Source: an uncultured Prolixibacteraceae bacterium
GTDB lineage: Bacteria; Bacteroidota; Bacteroidia; Bacteroidales; Prolixibacteraceae
Direction: 5' to 3'
Length of the DNA: 64,000 bases
Assembly (NCBI GenBank): GCA_964540755.1
Contig: CAZIOB010000104.1
Span: forward strand, 5,576 to 69,575
Below the pieces are notes generated by a model. That model ran no database searches. It was given only the letters and a program-made list of their open reading frames with translations, and was not told the origin of the DNA. Every line of letters begins with the position of its first letter. Position 1 is the stretch's first letter. This document shows positions 47,382 to 58,895 of this stretch, one piece after another. The translations under genes and the position numbers were made by a program.

Positions 47382-48281
47382 ATGAAATGGGAAAATGCAA
47401 AAAAAGGATATGAGAATTATTTGAAGCTGGAAAAGTCGCTTTCACAGAATTCAGTGGCAGCATATATCAATGATATAAACAAGCTTATTGATTTTCTGGA
47501 TAAAAATTTCAAGAAAGTAACACCAGATAAAGTTAAACTAGACCATTTAAAAAGTTTTGTTGAATGGCTGAACAGTCGTGGTGTAAGTCCGAGAACACAG
47601 GCAAGGACCATTTCGGGTATTAAATCATTTTTTAAGTATTTGCTTATAGAAGGGAGAATATCAAGTGATCCTACAGCGCTTCTTGAGTCACCCAAAATAG
47701 GCCGGAAGCTGCCTGATATTCTTTCTATGGAAGAGATAGACCGGCTAATCGATGCCGTTGATTTGGAAAAGCCTGAAGGACAAAGGAATAAGGCAATGTT
47801 AGAAACTTTATACAGTTGCGGGCTCCGGGTTTCGGAACTAGTTAATCTTAAAATGACAAATCTGTTTTTTGATCAGGGATTTATAAAGATCGAGGGCAAG
47901 GCAGAAAAAGAACGGCTGGTACCTGTAAGTAAAAGAGCAATGGAGGAGATCAATAAATATGTTAAGGGTTACCGTAAAAACCTTAAGATTCAAAAAGGAA
48001 GTGAGAACATATTATTCCTTAACAGGCGCGGCCAAAGCCTCAGCAGGGTTATGGTATTTACCATTATCAAGAATCTTGCGGAGAAAATAAATCTCAATAA
48101 GAAAATCAGTCCTCATACTTTCCGGCATTCTTTTGCCACGCACCTGATAAACGGAGGGGCTGACCTGAGGGCAGTTCAGGAAATGCTGGGCCATGAATCC
48201 ATTCTTACCACTGAAATATATACACACCTCGACAGGGATTATCTTAAGAGTACTATTCATCAGTACCATCCAAGATCATAA
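47382..48281 (+). CDS. xerD: Tyrosine site-specific recombinase XerD
   Basis: Core-binding N-domain plus a catalytic domain with R...HTFRHSFATHL...GH...Y (LGHESILTTEIYTH). It is housekeeping-sized at 299 aa. Confidence 0.85.
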   Translation: MKWENAKKGYENYLKLEKSLSQNSVAAYINDINKLIDFLDKNFKKVTPDKVKLDHLKSFVEWLNSRGVSPRTQARTISGIKSFFKYLLIEGRISSDPTALLESPKIGRKLPDILSMEEIDRLIDAVDLEKPEGQRNKAMLETLYSCGLRVSELVNLKMTNLFFDQGFIKIEGKAEKERLVPVSKRAMEEINKYVKGYRKNLKIQKGSENILFLNRRGQSLSRVMVFTIIKNLAEKINLNKKISPHTFRHSFATHLINGGADLRAVQEMLGHESILTTEIYTHLDRDYLKSTIHQYHPRS

Positions 48282-48842
48282 TATTAGTGGATTCCGGCAA
48301 CAATTTTTTAAAGTAATTTATATAAATATTACTTTTCTTGTCGTAGTGGCGGTGTATCAGGCATCATGAAAAAAGTTACAGGTTTCAGCGCCGGTATTTT
48401 ATTATAATGTAAATATTTTGTCAAACTGATCCGGAGAAAGGATTTAAGTAATCAAAATTAATTATCTTAATAAGCAGATCTTCTTTCCGGGTGAGGGTAG
48501 TATGTCTTTAGCCGGACCGGAAATATTGTATCTATTTTATTTTATACTGCATTTTTTGATGCGTTGTGGAATAATTATTTTCAGACCGGGATACTTCGTC
48601 TGCCTGCTGCAGTGTTTTTTCCTTAGAAGATATTTTGATTATACGCATGACATAAAATCAGTAATAAAGCTGATATAGGGTTGTTGTTATCAAAAATATA
48701 TATTATCAGTGATAAATTGTTAAGATATTGTTTACTTTTTCATCAAAATGAGAAAGCAGATTATAATTTTTTATTTAGATTCATAAAAAAATTATTTTTT
48801 TGTAATAAGCGAAAAAAATCAAAATATAATTAATAATACAAA

Positions 48843-50447
48843 ATGAAAAAAATAGATTTAACGAGTTATGGCATCCGTGATGTAAAAGAAATAATTTACA
48901 ATCCTTCTTATGAGCAATTATTTGAGGAAGAGATGAACCCTGATCTTGAAGGATTTGAGAGAGGACAGTTGACAGAGCTGGATGCTGTAAATGTTATGAC
49001 CGGTAAATTCACGGGACGTTCACCGAATGATAAGTTCATTGTTATGGATGACGTTACAAAAGATACTATATGGTGGACTTCACCGGAAGCTCCCAACGAT
49101 AATAAACCTACCACACCGGAAGTATGGAAAGATTTAAAAGAGCTTACAGGAAATCAGCTCTCCGGTAAGAGGTTATTTGTTATGGATACATTTTGTGGAG
49201 CTAATCCGGATTCCCGTCTGAAAGTCCGCTTTATAATGGAAGTCGCCTGGCAGGCACATTTTGTGAAAAATATGTTTATAAGGCCGGATGAAGAAGAGCT
49301 GGAAAATTACGGGGAACCGGATTTTGTTTCTTTGAATGCTTCAAAGATTACAAATCCCAGATGGAAGGAACATGGATTGAATTCTGAGGTTTACACTGTA
49401 TTTAATCTTACTGAAAGGATGCATGTTGTCGGGGGATCATGGTATGGAGGAGAGATGAAAAAGGGTCTTTTTGCAATGATGAACTATTACCTTCCTTTGA
49501 AAGGAATTGCTACAATGCACTGTTCTGCAAATGTTGGAAAGGAAGGAGATGTTGCTATCTTTTTTGGTCTGTCGGGAACCGGTAAGACAACCTTGTCAAC
49601 CGACCCGAAAAGGAAACTGATTGGTGATGATGAACATGGCTGGGATGATGATGGCGTGTTTAACTTTGAAGGAGGATGTTATGCAAAAACTATTAATCTT
49701 GATCCTGAAGCCGAACCTGATATATATAATGCTATTAAACGCAATGCCCTTCTTGAAAATGTATCTGTTGATGAGAATGGGAAAATTAATTTCAGTGATC
49801 ATTCAGTAACTGAAAATACCCGGGTTTCTTATCCTATATACCATATTGAGAATATTGTAAAGCCAATATCCAAAGCGGGACATGCCAGCAAGGTAATCTT
49901 CCTTACAGCAGATGCATTCGGAGTATTTCCACCGGTTTCGAAATTAACACCGGATCAGACCAAATATCATTTCCTCTCTGGTTTTACATCTAAACTTGCC
50001 GGGACCGAGCTGGGTATTACCTCACCACGGCCTACTTTTTCAGCTTGTTTTGGCGCTGCTTTTTTGTCTCTTCATCCTACAAAATACGGAGAGGAACTGG
50101 TGAAAAAGATGGAACTGCATAATACAGAGGCTTATCTTGTTAATACAGGATGGAATGGCACAGGGAAACGTATATCCATAAAGCATACCCGCGCCATAAT
50201 TGATGCTATTCTGGATGGATCAATAGAAAGATCAGAGACTAAAATTATTCCTATTTTCAATCTTGAGGTACCTACATTCCTGCATGATGTTGATCCCGGT
50301 GTACTGGATCCAAGGGATACATATTCAGATCCGGAGGAATGGTATAAAAAGGCAAAGGATTTAGCAAGCCGTTTTATAGATAATTTTAAGAAATATACTG
50401 ATAATGAGGAAGGAAAAGCTTTAGTAGCTGCCGGACCTCATCCATAG
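48843..50447 (+). CDS. pckA: Phosphoenolpyruvate carboxykinase (ATP)
   Basis: GRSPNDKF and kinase-1a [11 protein letters not shown] motifs, plus IGDDEHGW. Confidence 0.95.
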   Translation: MKKIDLTSYGIRDVKEIIYNPSYEQLFEEEMNPDLEGFERGQLTELDAVNVMTGKFTGRSPNDKFIVMDDVTKDTIWWTSPEAPNDNKPTTPEVWKDLKELTGNQLSGKRLFVMDTFCGANPDSRLKVRFIMEVAWQAHFVKNMFIRPDEEELENYGEPDFVSLNASKITNPRWKEHGLNSEVYTVFNLTERMHVVGGSWYGGEMKKGLFAMMNYYLPLKGIATMHCSANVGKEGDVAIFFGLSGTGKTTLSTDPKRKLIGDDEHGWDDDGVFNFEGGCYAKTINLDPEAEPDIYNAIKRNALLENVSVDENGKINFSDHSVTENTRVSYPIYHIENIVKPISKAGHASKVIFLTADAFGVFPPVSKLTPDQTKYHFLSGFTSKLAGTELGITSPRPTFSACFGAAFLSLHPTKYGEELVKKMELHNTEAYLVNTGWNGTGKRISIKHTRAIIDAILDGSIERSETKIIPIFNLEVPTFLHDVDPGVLDPRDTYSDPEEWYKKAKDLASRFIDNFKKYTDNEEGKALVAAGPHP

Positions 50448-51298
50448 ATCTCTTCCAGGGCTGACTCTATTGTCGGATAATTAAAACTGAAGCCTGCCGA
50501 TTCAAGAGCTTCAGGGATTATTGAGGGACTTTCAGTTAGCATGACGGACGATTCTCCAAAGATTATCTTAAGGGCAAAAGCAGGTATTGGAATTATTGCA
50601 GGCCTGTGTAATTTTTTTGCGAGTATCTTTGTGAAATATGCATTGGTTATCTCTTGCGGGGCAGCAAGATTAAAAATTTTATTCTGGGTAGAGCTTAATA
50701 ATACAAAAGAAAATGCCCGTGCAAGGTCTTGTTCATGGATAAAGGGAAATGGCTGAATGCCAGTGCCTATTTTTCCCCCAATACCTAGCTTAAAAGGTAA
50801 ATTAAGTTTCCTTATTACGGGCGATCCCTTACCTATAACCGGGGCTGACCGGAATATTGTTAATGTTATATTTTTTGGAAGGCCCTCCCAGGCATCCTCC
50901 CATGCCCTCACTATTTTTCCCGGAAAACCTCTGTCATAATCCCTGCTCTGTTCATTATGCACTTTTCCGGATAAATAAATACCTGTGGCAGATATTGCTA
51001 TGACTTTTGAAAGCTGCGCCCCAGGAGGAAGTTTATTTATGGCATCAACAATATTCTTTGTTGTTGTAACCCTGCTTTCATAAATCTCCCTTTTGTTATT
51101 TTTATTCCACCGTTTAAATATAGATGCGCCTGCCAGGTTAATAACAACATCCGCATCTTTGATATAATCAGTTAATTCATCTTTTTTCCCGTACAGAAGT
51201 TCACGGCCTATTGCCTCAACATGGTGTCCGTCAGATTTATATTTATTCGAGACAATATTTCCGATATATCCTGAAGCGCCGGCAATCTTTATATTCAT
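50438..51298 (-). CDS. NAD(P)-binding epimerase-family protein (TIGR01777/YfcH-like)
   Basis: The N-terminal GASGYIGN Rossmann motif, the 286-aa length and the C-terminal DUF1731-like region fit this family. Confidence 0.7.
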   Translation of the reverse strand: MNIKIAGASGYIGNIVSNKYKSDGHHVEAIGRELLYGKKDELTDYIKDADVVINLAGASIFKRWNKNNKREIYESRVTTTKNIVDAINKLPPGAQLSKVIAISATGIYLSGKVHNEQSRDYDRGFPGKIVRAWEDAWEGLPKNITLTIFRSAPVIGKGSPVIRKLNLPFKLGIGGKIGTGIQPFPFIHEQDLARAFSFVLLSSTQNKIFNLAAPQEITNAYFTKILAKKLHRPAIIPIPAFALKIIFGESSVMLTESPSIIPEALESAGFSFNYPTIESALEEIYG

Positions 51299-51622
51299 AA
51301 TTTTGTAGTGTTTATAAAATTAGTTATATCAGAGCAATTTTTTTAGAACTGGCTGATGGAGTATTCTGTATTGATTAATAATATATAACTAAATTTAGTG
51401 ATTAATAATGATTTGATCGAATATAATTTCCTAATTTCAGGATAACAATTATTTAATGTTCATTTTTTAAATAATATTGTCCCGGAATATAAGGTTTTGT
51501 TACCTTTACGTTCCAGAATGAGCTCTGCAATAAATATAATGGCCAGCTTCCTTCGGTGGCGTAAGATAAACATGAGTGAATGGCTGTGAGGTTATTTACA
51601 AAATACAGAAAACAGATTATTG

Positions 51623-53428
51623 ATGTTTCGGATGTATAAAATAGTGCTAAGAAAAAATCTGAGGGATTGGCTCAATAAACTTATTGTATGGCGTATTGCA
51701 AGAATCAGTGAACGTCATTTTTTATATATTTTAAGTTTGTTTATTGGGATCTTCAGCGGATTGGCAGCATTAATTCTAAAAAATGCAATTCATTATGGGG
51801 CTCATTGGCTTACGAGCTGGTTTCACGAAGGATCAATAAGTTTCATGTATCTTGTTTATCCGCTAATTGGAATTTTCCTGACTGTGCTTTTTGTGAGGTT
51901 TGTTGTTAAAGATAATATCGGGCATGGCGTTACAAAAATTTTATATTCCATATCGAGACAAGGAAGCCGTTTGAAAAAACATAATATCTGGTCCTCAATG
52001 GTAGCCAGTTTCCTGACGATCGGTTTCGGGGGTTCGGTAGGAGCAGAGGCGCCGATAGTGTTCACGGGGGCATCTATCGGTTCTAACCTGGGACGAATGT
52101 TCAAGCTTGAGTACAAGTATGTAACCTTGATGGTAGGTTGTGGATCTGCAGGAGCAATAGCCGGCATATTTAATGCCCCTATCGCCGGTATAGTATTCAC
52201 TCTTGAAGTACTTATGCTTGATCTTACGATGGCTTACCTTATTCCTCTTTTGATATCAGCCATTTCAGCAACCATAATCTCATATTTTTTTATGGGGGAA
52301 GAAGTTCTGCTCAGATTTTCACAGATTACCCCGTTTTCAGTTGACACTTTTTGGTTTTATATTTTGTTAGGAGTATTTACAGGTCTGCTCGGAATATATT
52401 TCACAAGGATGACCATGTTTCTGGAGAATAAGTTCAGGCATATCAGGTCATGGTTCGGAAGATTAATAGTTGGTGGAATTATAATGGGACTGCTTGTATT
52501 TATTTTTCCTCCGTTATGGGGGGAAGGCTATATGGATATAGCAGATATCTTCCGGGGAGAAGGCGTCACATTATTAAATAATTCGATATTTTTCGGCTGG
52601 AAGGATAACAATTATCTTATATTGCTTTTTCTTGTCGGCATACTGATTTTTAAAGTTATTGCTATGGTCGCAACTACCGGTTCAGGAGGAGTAGGAGGTA
52701 TTTTTGCGCCTACACTCTTCATGGGCGCTATATCAGGATATTTTTTTTCAATGTTGCTAAACAATATACAGGGTGTCGGTCTGCCGGAAGATAATTTTAC
52801 TCTGGCAGGAATGGCCGGAATGATGGCTGCTGTTATGCATGCCCCTCTCACTGCAATTTTCCTGACTGCCGAAATTACAAGGGGTTATAGCCTTTTTATC
52901 CCTTTAATACTGACTTCCACGATTGCATATGTAACTATAATGAGATTTGAACCACATTCTGTTTATACAAAGAGGCTGGCTCAGACTGGCGATCTGATTA
53001 CTCATCATAAAGATAAAGCCGTTCTGCGGCTTATGGAAGTTCGTAAATTGATAGAAACCGATTTTGAAATACTTTCACCTGATGCAAAACTCAGAGATCT
53101 TGCAAAGGCAATTTCCCGTTCCCACAGAAACCTTTTTCCTGTGGTTGATAGTGAAGGCACAATTAAAGGAATGGTTAAGTTATCAGAGGTGAAAAACCTG
53201 ATATTTGAGCATGAACTGTATGATAAGATATATGTAAAAGACCTGATGTATATGCCGGAACATTATATCTCCCCTTATGACAGTATGGAGACTGTTGCCG
53301 AGAAATTTGAAACATCAGGCCGTTTTAATCTCGCAGTTATTGAAGATGGTAAATATCTGGGATTTATTTCCCGCGCTAAGGTATTTTCGAAATACAGAAA
53401 AACTCTGCAGAATTTTTCACATGATTAA
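51623..53428 (+). CDS. ClC-family chloride channel/antiporter with a C-terminal CBS pair
   Basis: GSVGAEAP (GSGIP-like), GIFAP and the Y in GxFxP-type motifs. Two CBS-like repeats at the C-terminus. The start could be ATG 51623 or 51632. Confidence 0.88.
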   Translation: MFRMYKIVLRKNLRDWLNKLIVWRIARISERHFLYILSLFIGIFSGLAALILKNAIHYGAHWLTSWFHEGSISFMYLVYPLIGIFLTVLFVRFVVKDNIGHGVTKILYSISRQGSRLKKHNIWSSMVASFLTIGFGGSVGAEAPIVFTGASIGSNLGRMFKLEYKYVTLMVGCGSAGAIAGIFNAPIAGIVFTLEVLMLDLTMAYLIPLLISAISATIISYFFMGEEVLLRFSQITPFSVDTFWFYILLGVFTGLLGIYFTRMTMFLENKFRHIRSWFGRLIVGGIIMGLLVFIFPPLWGEGYMDIADIFRGEGVTLLNNSIFFGWKDNNYLILLFLVGILIFKVIAMVATTGSGGVGGIFAPTLFMGAISGYFFSMLLNNIQGVGLPEDNFTLAGMAGMMAAVMHAPLTAIFLTAEITRGYSLFIPLILTSTIAYVTIMRFEPHSVYTKRLAQTGDLITHHKDKAVLRLMEVRKLIETDFEILSPDAKLRDLAKAISRSHRNLFPVVDSEGTIKGMVKLSEVKNLIFEHELYDKIYVKDLMYMPEHYISPYDSMETVAEKFETSGRFNLAVIEDGKYLGFISRAKVFSKYRKTLQNFSHD

Positions 53429-53431
53429 TAG

Positions 53432-54295
53432 TTATTCAACAAATGAAGCATTTTTCAAATAATTAAAACTCATTTCAATACTTTCAAAGGCATCAAGATC
53501 TTTGAAACTGTCCTGCTCTACATAGAACATCTCCATGCCTGCAATCTCTTTTGCTTCAAAAATACTTTCAAAATCAATTCTGCCGCTGCCGACAGGTGCA
53601 AAAAACATATCTTCTGTTTTTACCATATCTTTAAGGTGATATATTTCAAAACGGCCGGGGAATTTTTTCATATATTCAACAGGATCATATCCGCCGCGGG
53701 TTACCCAGTACACATCAATTTCAAATGTTACAAGCGAAGGATCAGTTTCTGAGATAAGGATATCCATGCCGGTCTGCCCGTTCATATTTTCGAATTCAAA
53801 TGCGTGATTATGGTAGCCAAACCGTATATCATATTTTTTAGCTATTTCGCCTATTTTATTGAATTTTTCCGCTGTGGCTTTATAGCCGTCAATATTTGTG
53901 CGGAAATTTTCAGCAAGGTAAGGATATATGACATATTTACATCCTGCTTCGGCTGAATCTGTGAAGATCTTTTCCGCATCGGCAGGTTCAACTATACTGT
54001 GACTGCTGGTAAGTGGCATGCCAAGTCCTTTTACCTTTTCCGAAAAAGCTTTTGGAGACATACCGTAGAATGTACCATCAGAGAGACTGTATCCAGCGGC
54101 TTCAAGAGAATTGTAACCTATCTCTGCCAGTCTGTTTAGAGTCATGTCCAAATCCTGTTTAATTTTGTCACGAACTGTATAGAGTTGTAATCCTATTGTT
54201 TTTTCTTTTGTTCCCGAACAGGAAAATAACGGACTTAACATACTGGCTGCTGCAAAGGCAGTGGTTGTCTTAAGAAAATTACGTCGATCAGTCAT
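53432..54295 (-). CDS. Xylose-isomerase-like TIM-barrel protein (sugar phosphate isomerase/epimerase family) with a TAT signal
   Basis: N-terminus MTDRRNFLKTTTAFAAASML. The body contains the ...FGYHNH.EF... metal-binding motif. Confidence 0.8.
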   Translation of the reverse strand: MTDRRNFLKTTTAFAAASMLSPLFSCSGTKEKTIGLQLYTVRDKIKQDLDMTLNRLAEIGYNSLEAAGYSLSDGTFYGMSPKAFSEKVKGLGMPLTSSHSIVEPADAEKIFTDSAEAGCKYVIYPYLAENFRTNIDGYKATAEKFNKIGEIAKKYDIRFGYHNHAFEFENMNGQTGMDILISETDPSLVTFEIDVYWVTRGGYDPVEYMKKFPGRFEIYHLKDMVKTEDMFFAPVGSGRIDFESIFEAKEIAGMEMFYVEQDSFKDLDAFESIEMSFNYLKNASFVE

Positions 54296-54440
54296 TTTTT
54301 AATATTTTGTATGTGATTAATTAAATTAAAATTTAGAAACATTATGCTTATTCGAATTTACAATCAATTTTTTAAATTAATGACATATGTTTAAGAAATT
54401 ATTATAATAAACCTTATTAAGTAATCTCCGCATCATGTTT

Positions 54441-54950
54441 TTAATCTTTGGCAGGTGTTATATCTATCATATTAGTTACATATATGAGCGTATTGTACGG
54501 AGGAATAATTCCTGCGCCGTTATTACCATATGCTAAATGCGATGGTATGATAATATCAAAATTGGAGTCTTTGTTCATATGGCCTATACCGTCTTGTAAC
54601 CCTTGTATCATATCTGCCTCTTCATATATTAATTTCCAGATACCATTTGGATGATAGTCGTTCGAAGTTTCAAACAGTTTTCCACTCATGAAGTAACCCC
54701 GGTAACTAATATAACAGGTATCGCCTGCTTCAGGGAAAGGCCCTTCCCCTTCCTTGCGGACTATATAAAAAACGCCAATATCGGTTGTATCAACATCATA
54801 ACCGTCAGCTTCCTTTTTTAAAAGAAAATTGTTAAGCTCGGCCATCTCCTGTTCCAGTGTGCGTGGCTCTGGCTCACCCTCTTCTTTTTTACAGGATAAA
54901 CAAATTAAAAGAAATAAAATTAACAGAAGGGTAATGTCTTTTTTTATCAT
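54441..54950 (-). CDS. FKBP-type peptidyl-prolyl cis-trans isomerase lipoprotein
   Basis: From the internal start the protein begins MIKKDITLLLILFLLICLSC (lipobox). FKBP motifs are Y.G....G..F..S and LAYGNNGAGIIPPYNTLIY. The ORF is open up to 54992, so the start is uncertain. Confidence 0.8.
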   Translation of the reverse strand: MIKKDITLLLILFLLICLSCKKEEGEPEPRTLEQEMAELNNFLLKKEADGYDVDTTDIGVFYIVRKEGEGPFPEAGDTCYISYRGYFMSGKLFETSNDYHPNGIWKLIYEEADMIQGLQDGIGHMNKDSNFDIIIPSHLAYGNNGAGIIPPYNTLIYVTNMIDITPAKD

Positions 54951-55021
54951 TATGCACATTTTTATGGCATTTAAAAAATTGATGATATACAAAATTACGA
55001 TAAGTAGATGAAACTAAAAAA

Positions 55022-55048
55022 TAATCCCGGCGCGTCTTGCCGGGATTA
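55022..55048 (-). terminator. Orphan rho-independent terminator (minus strand)
   Basis: Perfect 10-bp stem: taatcccggc (55022-55031) pairs with gccgggatta (55039-55048). On the minus strand it is followed by TTATTTTTTTAG. No annotated minus-strand gene lies upstream of it. Confidence 0.5.
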
Positions 55049-55340
55049 CTCAATAATCTTTAAAAGCGACTATTTGGTTTTAAAAAGGGTTTGTAACGTA
55101 CAAACATAAATACATTTATTGATTTTATTTATTGCTTTATGTCTGATATATCAGGTATAAAAAACTGATATTTGCCTTCAAAAAATCTTATTTTTTTTTT
55201 GTTTTGTTAGAAACCTTTAAAAAAATTTTTTAAATAACATATATAAAGAACCGATAATTGCATATTTTCGTAAATTAAGTATGATATAATATAGGCGAAA
55301 AAATCAGATTGCTTATTTTGTATCGTGATAAAGAATAATT

Positions 55341-56417
55341 ATGGCGACATTACTTGTCTTTTTTGTTATATCGATAGTAACTTCTTTTTTTTGCTCCATG
55401 TGGGAGGCTGTTATATTAAGCATTACCCCTTCCTTTATAAGCCGGATGTATGAAGAAAAACCACATATCGGAAAATCATTGCTTAAAATGAAAGATGATA
55501 TTGATAAACCCTTGTCTGCAATCCTGACTTTAAATACAATTGCACATACTGTCGGGGCAATGGGGGTAGGTATCCAGGCGGGGAAATTATTCGGCACTCA
55601 CTATTTTAATTTCTTTTTTATTGAAGTAACCTATGAATCTTTTATTGCGGGAGCTATGACTCTCGCCATACTTGTCCTGTCAGAAATTATCCCCAAAACA
55701 GTGGGAGCTAATTTCTGGAAGCAGCTTACCCCTTTCACTGTCCGTTCTCTTGAGATACTTTTAATTGCTCTTGCTCCGTTTGTATGGTTAAGTAAGTTGA
55801 TAACCAGACTTGTAAAAACAGAAAAAGGCCGCAGTGTCCTAAGTCGTGCTGATTTTGCTGCAATGGCCGATGCCGGACTAAGAAGCGGAGCGCTTGACAG
55901 GGAAGAGAAATCGATTATTCAGAATCTTTTGCGCCTGGAAAAAATAAAGGTCAGGGATATAATGACTCCCCGTTCAGTCATCAACATGGTTGATGAGGAG
56001 ATGACCATGAAAGAAATATATGATGAACTAAAGCCGATGGCATTTTCACGCATCCCTATTTTTCATGAACATCCTGATAATGTGACAGGAGTGATATTGA
56101 AAGACAACATTCTTGAAAATCTTGCACAGGACAGGCACAGTGTAAAGGCTGCAGAGCTCAAGCGTGATATATTGTTTGTAGAGGATAATTTTTCTGTGGC
56201 AAAACTTATGGATACATTTATTTTTAACAAGGAGCACCTTGCTATGGTGGCAGATGATTTCGGTAGTGTCGTGGGACTGGTTACCATGGAAGATCTTTTC
56301 GAGACTTTACTTGGCCTCGAGATCGTGGATGAATCAGATAAAGTGGAAGATTTACAGAAGCTTGCGCTTGAAAGATGGGGGAAAAGAGCTAACAAGAGTA
56401 TGATCAAACCTGAATAG
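55341..56417 (+). CDS. CNNM/DUF21-CBS family transporter (HlyC/CorC-like, hemolysin family)
   Basis: N-terminal DUF21 TM domain (WEAVILSI..., LTLNTIAHTVGA) followed by a CBS pair (IMTPRSV..., VDDFGSVVGLVTMEDL). Confidence 0.85.
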   Translation: MATLLVFFVISIVTSFFCSMWEAVILSITPSFISRMYEEKPHIGKSLLKMKDDIDKPLSAILTLNTIAHTVGAMGVGIQAGKLFGTHYFNFFFIEVTYESFIAGAMTLAILVLSEIIPKTVGANFWKQLTPFTVRSLEILLIALAPFVWLSKLITRLVKTEKGRSVLSRADFAAMADAGLRSGALDREEKSIIQNLLRLEKIKVRDIMTPRSVINMVDEEMTMKEIYDELKPMAFSRIPIFHEHPDNVTGVILKDNILENLAQDRHSVKAAELKRDILFVEDNFSVAKLMDTFIFNKEHLAMVADDFGSVVGLVTMEDLFETLLGLEIVDESDKVEDLQKLALERWGKRANKSMIKPE

Positions 56418-56561
56418 TTATTCTATTAACTACAATTATAACATCCACATAAAATCTTTTAATTTTATTTTAAATCAGTTACAAGAATCAACCTCTGAAA
56501 TTTTTTGCTTATTATTTTAATTATTTTTGATGCAATAATAAAATTATAATACAAATTAGTT

Positions 56562-58217
56562 ATGATTATTAGTCCCTTACAAAAAGAAAGAGCTAAGTAT
56601 CAGCCTAAGTTGCCTCTTTCGCTGCGTTTTGCAATAAGACTGGTTGAAGGAGAAAAAACTAAATCGGCAGCTGATAATGATGAAATTCAGAAATTATTTC
56701 CTATTACTTACGGGATGCCTTTGATCACATTTGAAAAAGGATCGGATGTTATTGAAAGGTCACCTGTAAATGTAGGTGTTATCCTTTCAGGCGGACAGGC
56801 ACCGGGCGGGCATAATGTTATTTCAGGAATTTTCGACGGAATTAAAAATGTTCATCCTGAAAGTAAACTCTATGGATTTCTGGGAGGGCCTGCAGGATTG
56901 ACAGATCATAAATATTTTGAGTTGACGAAAGAAATAATTGACGAATACCGGAATACGGGGGGTTTTGATATTATCGGTTCCGGACGTACAAAGCTTGAAG
57001 AAGAGTGGCAATTTGATAAAGGACTTGAAATAGCCCGGAAGCTTGGACTTAATGCCCTGGTAATTATTGGTGGTGATGATTCTAATACAAATGCCTGTGT
57101 ACTTGCCGAATATTATGCAAAAATCAATGCAGGCATACAGGTAATAGGCTGTCCCAAAACCATTGATGGTGATTTGAAAAACGAAATCATTGAAACATCT
57201 TTTGGTTTTGATACTGCCACTAAAGTTTACTCAGAACTGATCGGAAATATAGAACGGGATGCCAACTCGGCAAAAAAATATTGGCATTTCATAAAATTGA
57301 TGGGACGCTCAGCTTCGCATATTTGTCTGGAATGCGCACTTAAAACACATCCCAATATAGCGTTGATTTCAGAAGAAGTTGCCGGGGAAAAACAAACTCT
57401 TGACGAGATTGTTGATTATATAACCGATATAGTTGCCAGAAGGTCTGAATCAGGCAAAAATTTTGGTGTTGCTCTTATTCCGGAAGGACTTATAGAGTTC
57501 ATTCCTGAGATGAAAGATCTGATCGCAGAGCTGAATGATCTGTTGGCGGAAGGGACATCTACCGGCAATGAGTTTAAGAAGCTGGATCCCGATGAGTCTG
57601 CAGAATGGATTGCTTCACACCTGGACGATGAATCTTCAGAATTATTCAAGTCGCTGCCTGCTGAAATTGCCAATCAGTTGACACTTGATCGTGATCCTCA
57701 CGGGAATGTCCAGGTTTCACTGATTGAAACTGAAAAATTGTTGGGAGAAATGGTGAAAAGCAGGCTCAGTATTATGAAAAAGAATGGAGAGTTCAAAGGC
57801 AGTTTTAAAACACAATATCATTTTTTTGGATACGAAGGTCGTTGTTCCGCTCCATCTAATTTTGATGCTGATTATTGCTATTCACTTGGATATACAGCAT
57901 CATATCTGATTGCAGAAGGAAAAACAGGTTATATGGCATCTGTCAGAAATCTCACTGCCCCGGCAGATGAGTGGATAGCAGGAGGTGTTCCTGTGACGAT
58001 GATGATGAACCTTGAAAAGCGTCATGGTAATTTGAAGCCGGTGATACAGAAAGCATTGGTGAAACTCGATGATGAGCCTTTCAAATATTTAGATAATAAA
58101 CGTGAAGAATGGGCGATGCAGAATAGTTATATATATCCCGGCCCAATCCAGTATTTTGGCCCTTCTTCAGTATGTGACCAGACTACGGAAACACTGAAAC
58201 TTGAAAAATCCTCTTAA
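56562..58217 (+). CDS. pfp: Diphosphate--fructose-6-phosphate 1-phosphotransferase (PPi-dependent PFK)
   Basis: 551-aa long-form PFK. Motifs: [28 protein letters not shown] and MGR.ASH. Confidence 0.9.
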   Translation: MIISPLQKERAKYQPKLPLSLRFAIRLVEGEKTKSAADNDEIQKLFPITYGMPLITFEKGSDVIERSPVNVGVILSGGQAPGGHNVISGIFDGIKNVHPESKLYGFLGGPAGLTDHKYFELTKEIIDEYRNTGGFDIIGSGRTKLEEEWQFDKGLEIARKLGLNALVIIGGDDSNTNACVLAEYYAKINAGIQVIGCPKTIDGDLKNEIIETSFGFDTATKVYSELIGNIERDANSAKKYWHFIKLMGRSASHICLECALKTHPNIALISEEVAGEKQTLDEIVDYITDIVARRSESGKNFGVALIPEGLIEFIPEMKDLIAELNDLLAEGTSTGNEFKKLDPDESAEWIASHLDDESSELFKSLPAEIANQLTLDRDPHGNVQVSLIETEKLLGEMVKSRLSIMKKNGEFKGSFKTQYHFFGYEGRCSAPSNFDADYCYSLGYTASYLIAEGKTGYMASVRNLTAPADEWIAGGVPVTMMMNLEKRHGNLKPVIQKALVKLDDEPFKYLDNKREEWAMQNSYIYPGPIQYFGPSSVCDQTTETLKLEKSS

Positions 58218-58280
58218 TAAGGATTTGAACTTATATACCTGAGTTGCTTTCCTGCTGTTTAGGGGACAGTTTTGAAAAAA

Positions 58281-58316
58281 ATATCCCTTTCCTTATTTAA
58301 CAAAAGAAAGGGATAT
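58281..58316. terminator. Bidirectional rho-independent terminator
   Basis: atatccctttc (58281-58291) pairs with gaaagggatat (58306-58316). It is flanked by A6 upstream and T7 downstream, and lies between convergent genes. Confidence 0.75.
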
Positions 58317-58338
58317 TTTTTTTGGGTTAAATATTTTT

Positions 58339-58803
58339 TCAGAAAATATAACGTATTGAAAGGGCTACCTGGTCAGGGAGAAACTCTGTATGTCCAATAA
58401 TGCTGAATGTTGGTTTCCAGTCCAGACTGATATTAAATGGGACAGGTTTAAAGTTGTATTCCATTCCTATTATACCGTCAACTCCGAGGAAGGTATAATT
58501 TTCTATATTGTTATCACTTTTTTCCCCCCTCCAGGAACCAATATGTCCACCGAATCCGTAATACCAGTGAAGACGCTCAACGTTGAAGGCCTGGTCGTGT
58601 ATTTCATACAGGCCTGTTATATTAAACCCGTTCCATCTGGTAACAATCAATCCTTCCAGAGCTTTATTCTCAGTAATAAAATGTTTTATTGTCAGTCCAT
58701 TATATAATCCTAACCTTAAACCGATACCGGTGTTATAGTCATGGCCCTTTGAAATCAGACTGATAGTCATAAAGATCGATAGTGCAAATATTAATTTTCT
58801 CAT
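58339..58803 (-). CDS. Small secreted protein, probably an 8-stranded outer-membrane beta-barrel
   Basis: Signal peptide, 154 aa. Alternating hydrophobic strands and a C-terminal ...LSIRYIF aromatic terminus. Confidence 0.45.
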   Translation of the reverse strand: MRKLIFALSIFMTISLISKGHDYNTGIGLRLGLYNGLTIKHFITENKALEGLIVTRWNGFNITGLYEIHDQAFNVERLHWYYGFGGHIGSWRGEKSDNNIENYTFLGVDGIIGMEYNFKPVPFNISLDWKPTFSIIGHTEFLPDQVALSIRYIF

Positions 58804-58895
58804 GTGTCTAAAAATTTATGAATTAACTGTCAAAAATTATGTAATTATTTTCTTTCTTTTAATCAAGATTCAAATTTATTTCAGGAATTAAAAAT

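Noticed and set aside
47382-48281. Tyrosine recombinase as the integrase of a mobile element
   Set aside because: Its size, motifs and position next to aroQ fit housekeeping XerD. There are no flanking repeats, cargo or tRNA target.
48532-48648. 38-aa minus-strand ORF (MRIIKISSKEKTLQQADEVSRSENNYSTTHQKMQYKIK) in the 560-bp spacer upstream of pckA
   Set aside because: It has no signal peptide, no recognisable motif and no promoter box. The long spacer is more simply the pckA regulatory region. It is only worth revisiting if conservation is found.
51299-51619. Possible fluoride (crcB-motif) riboswitch upstream of the ClC gene
   Set aside because: I could not find the conserved fluoride-riboswitch pseudoknot elements. 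The ClC here is a long CBS-containing type rather than the short ClC-F type usually linked to that riboswitch.
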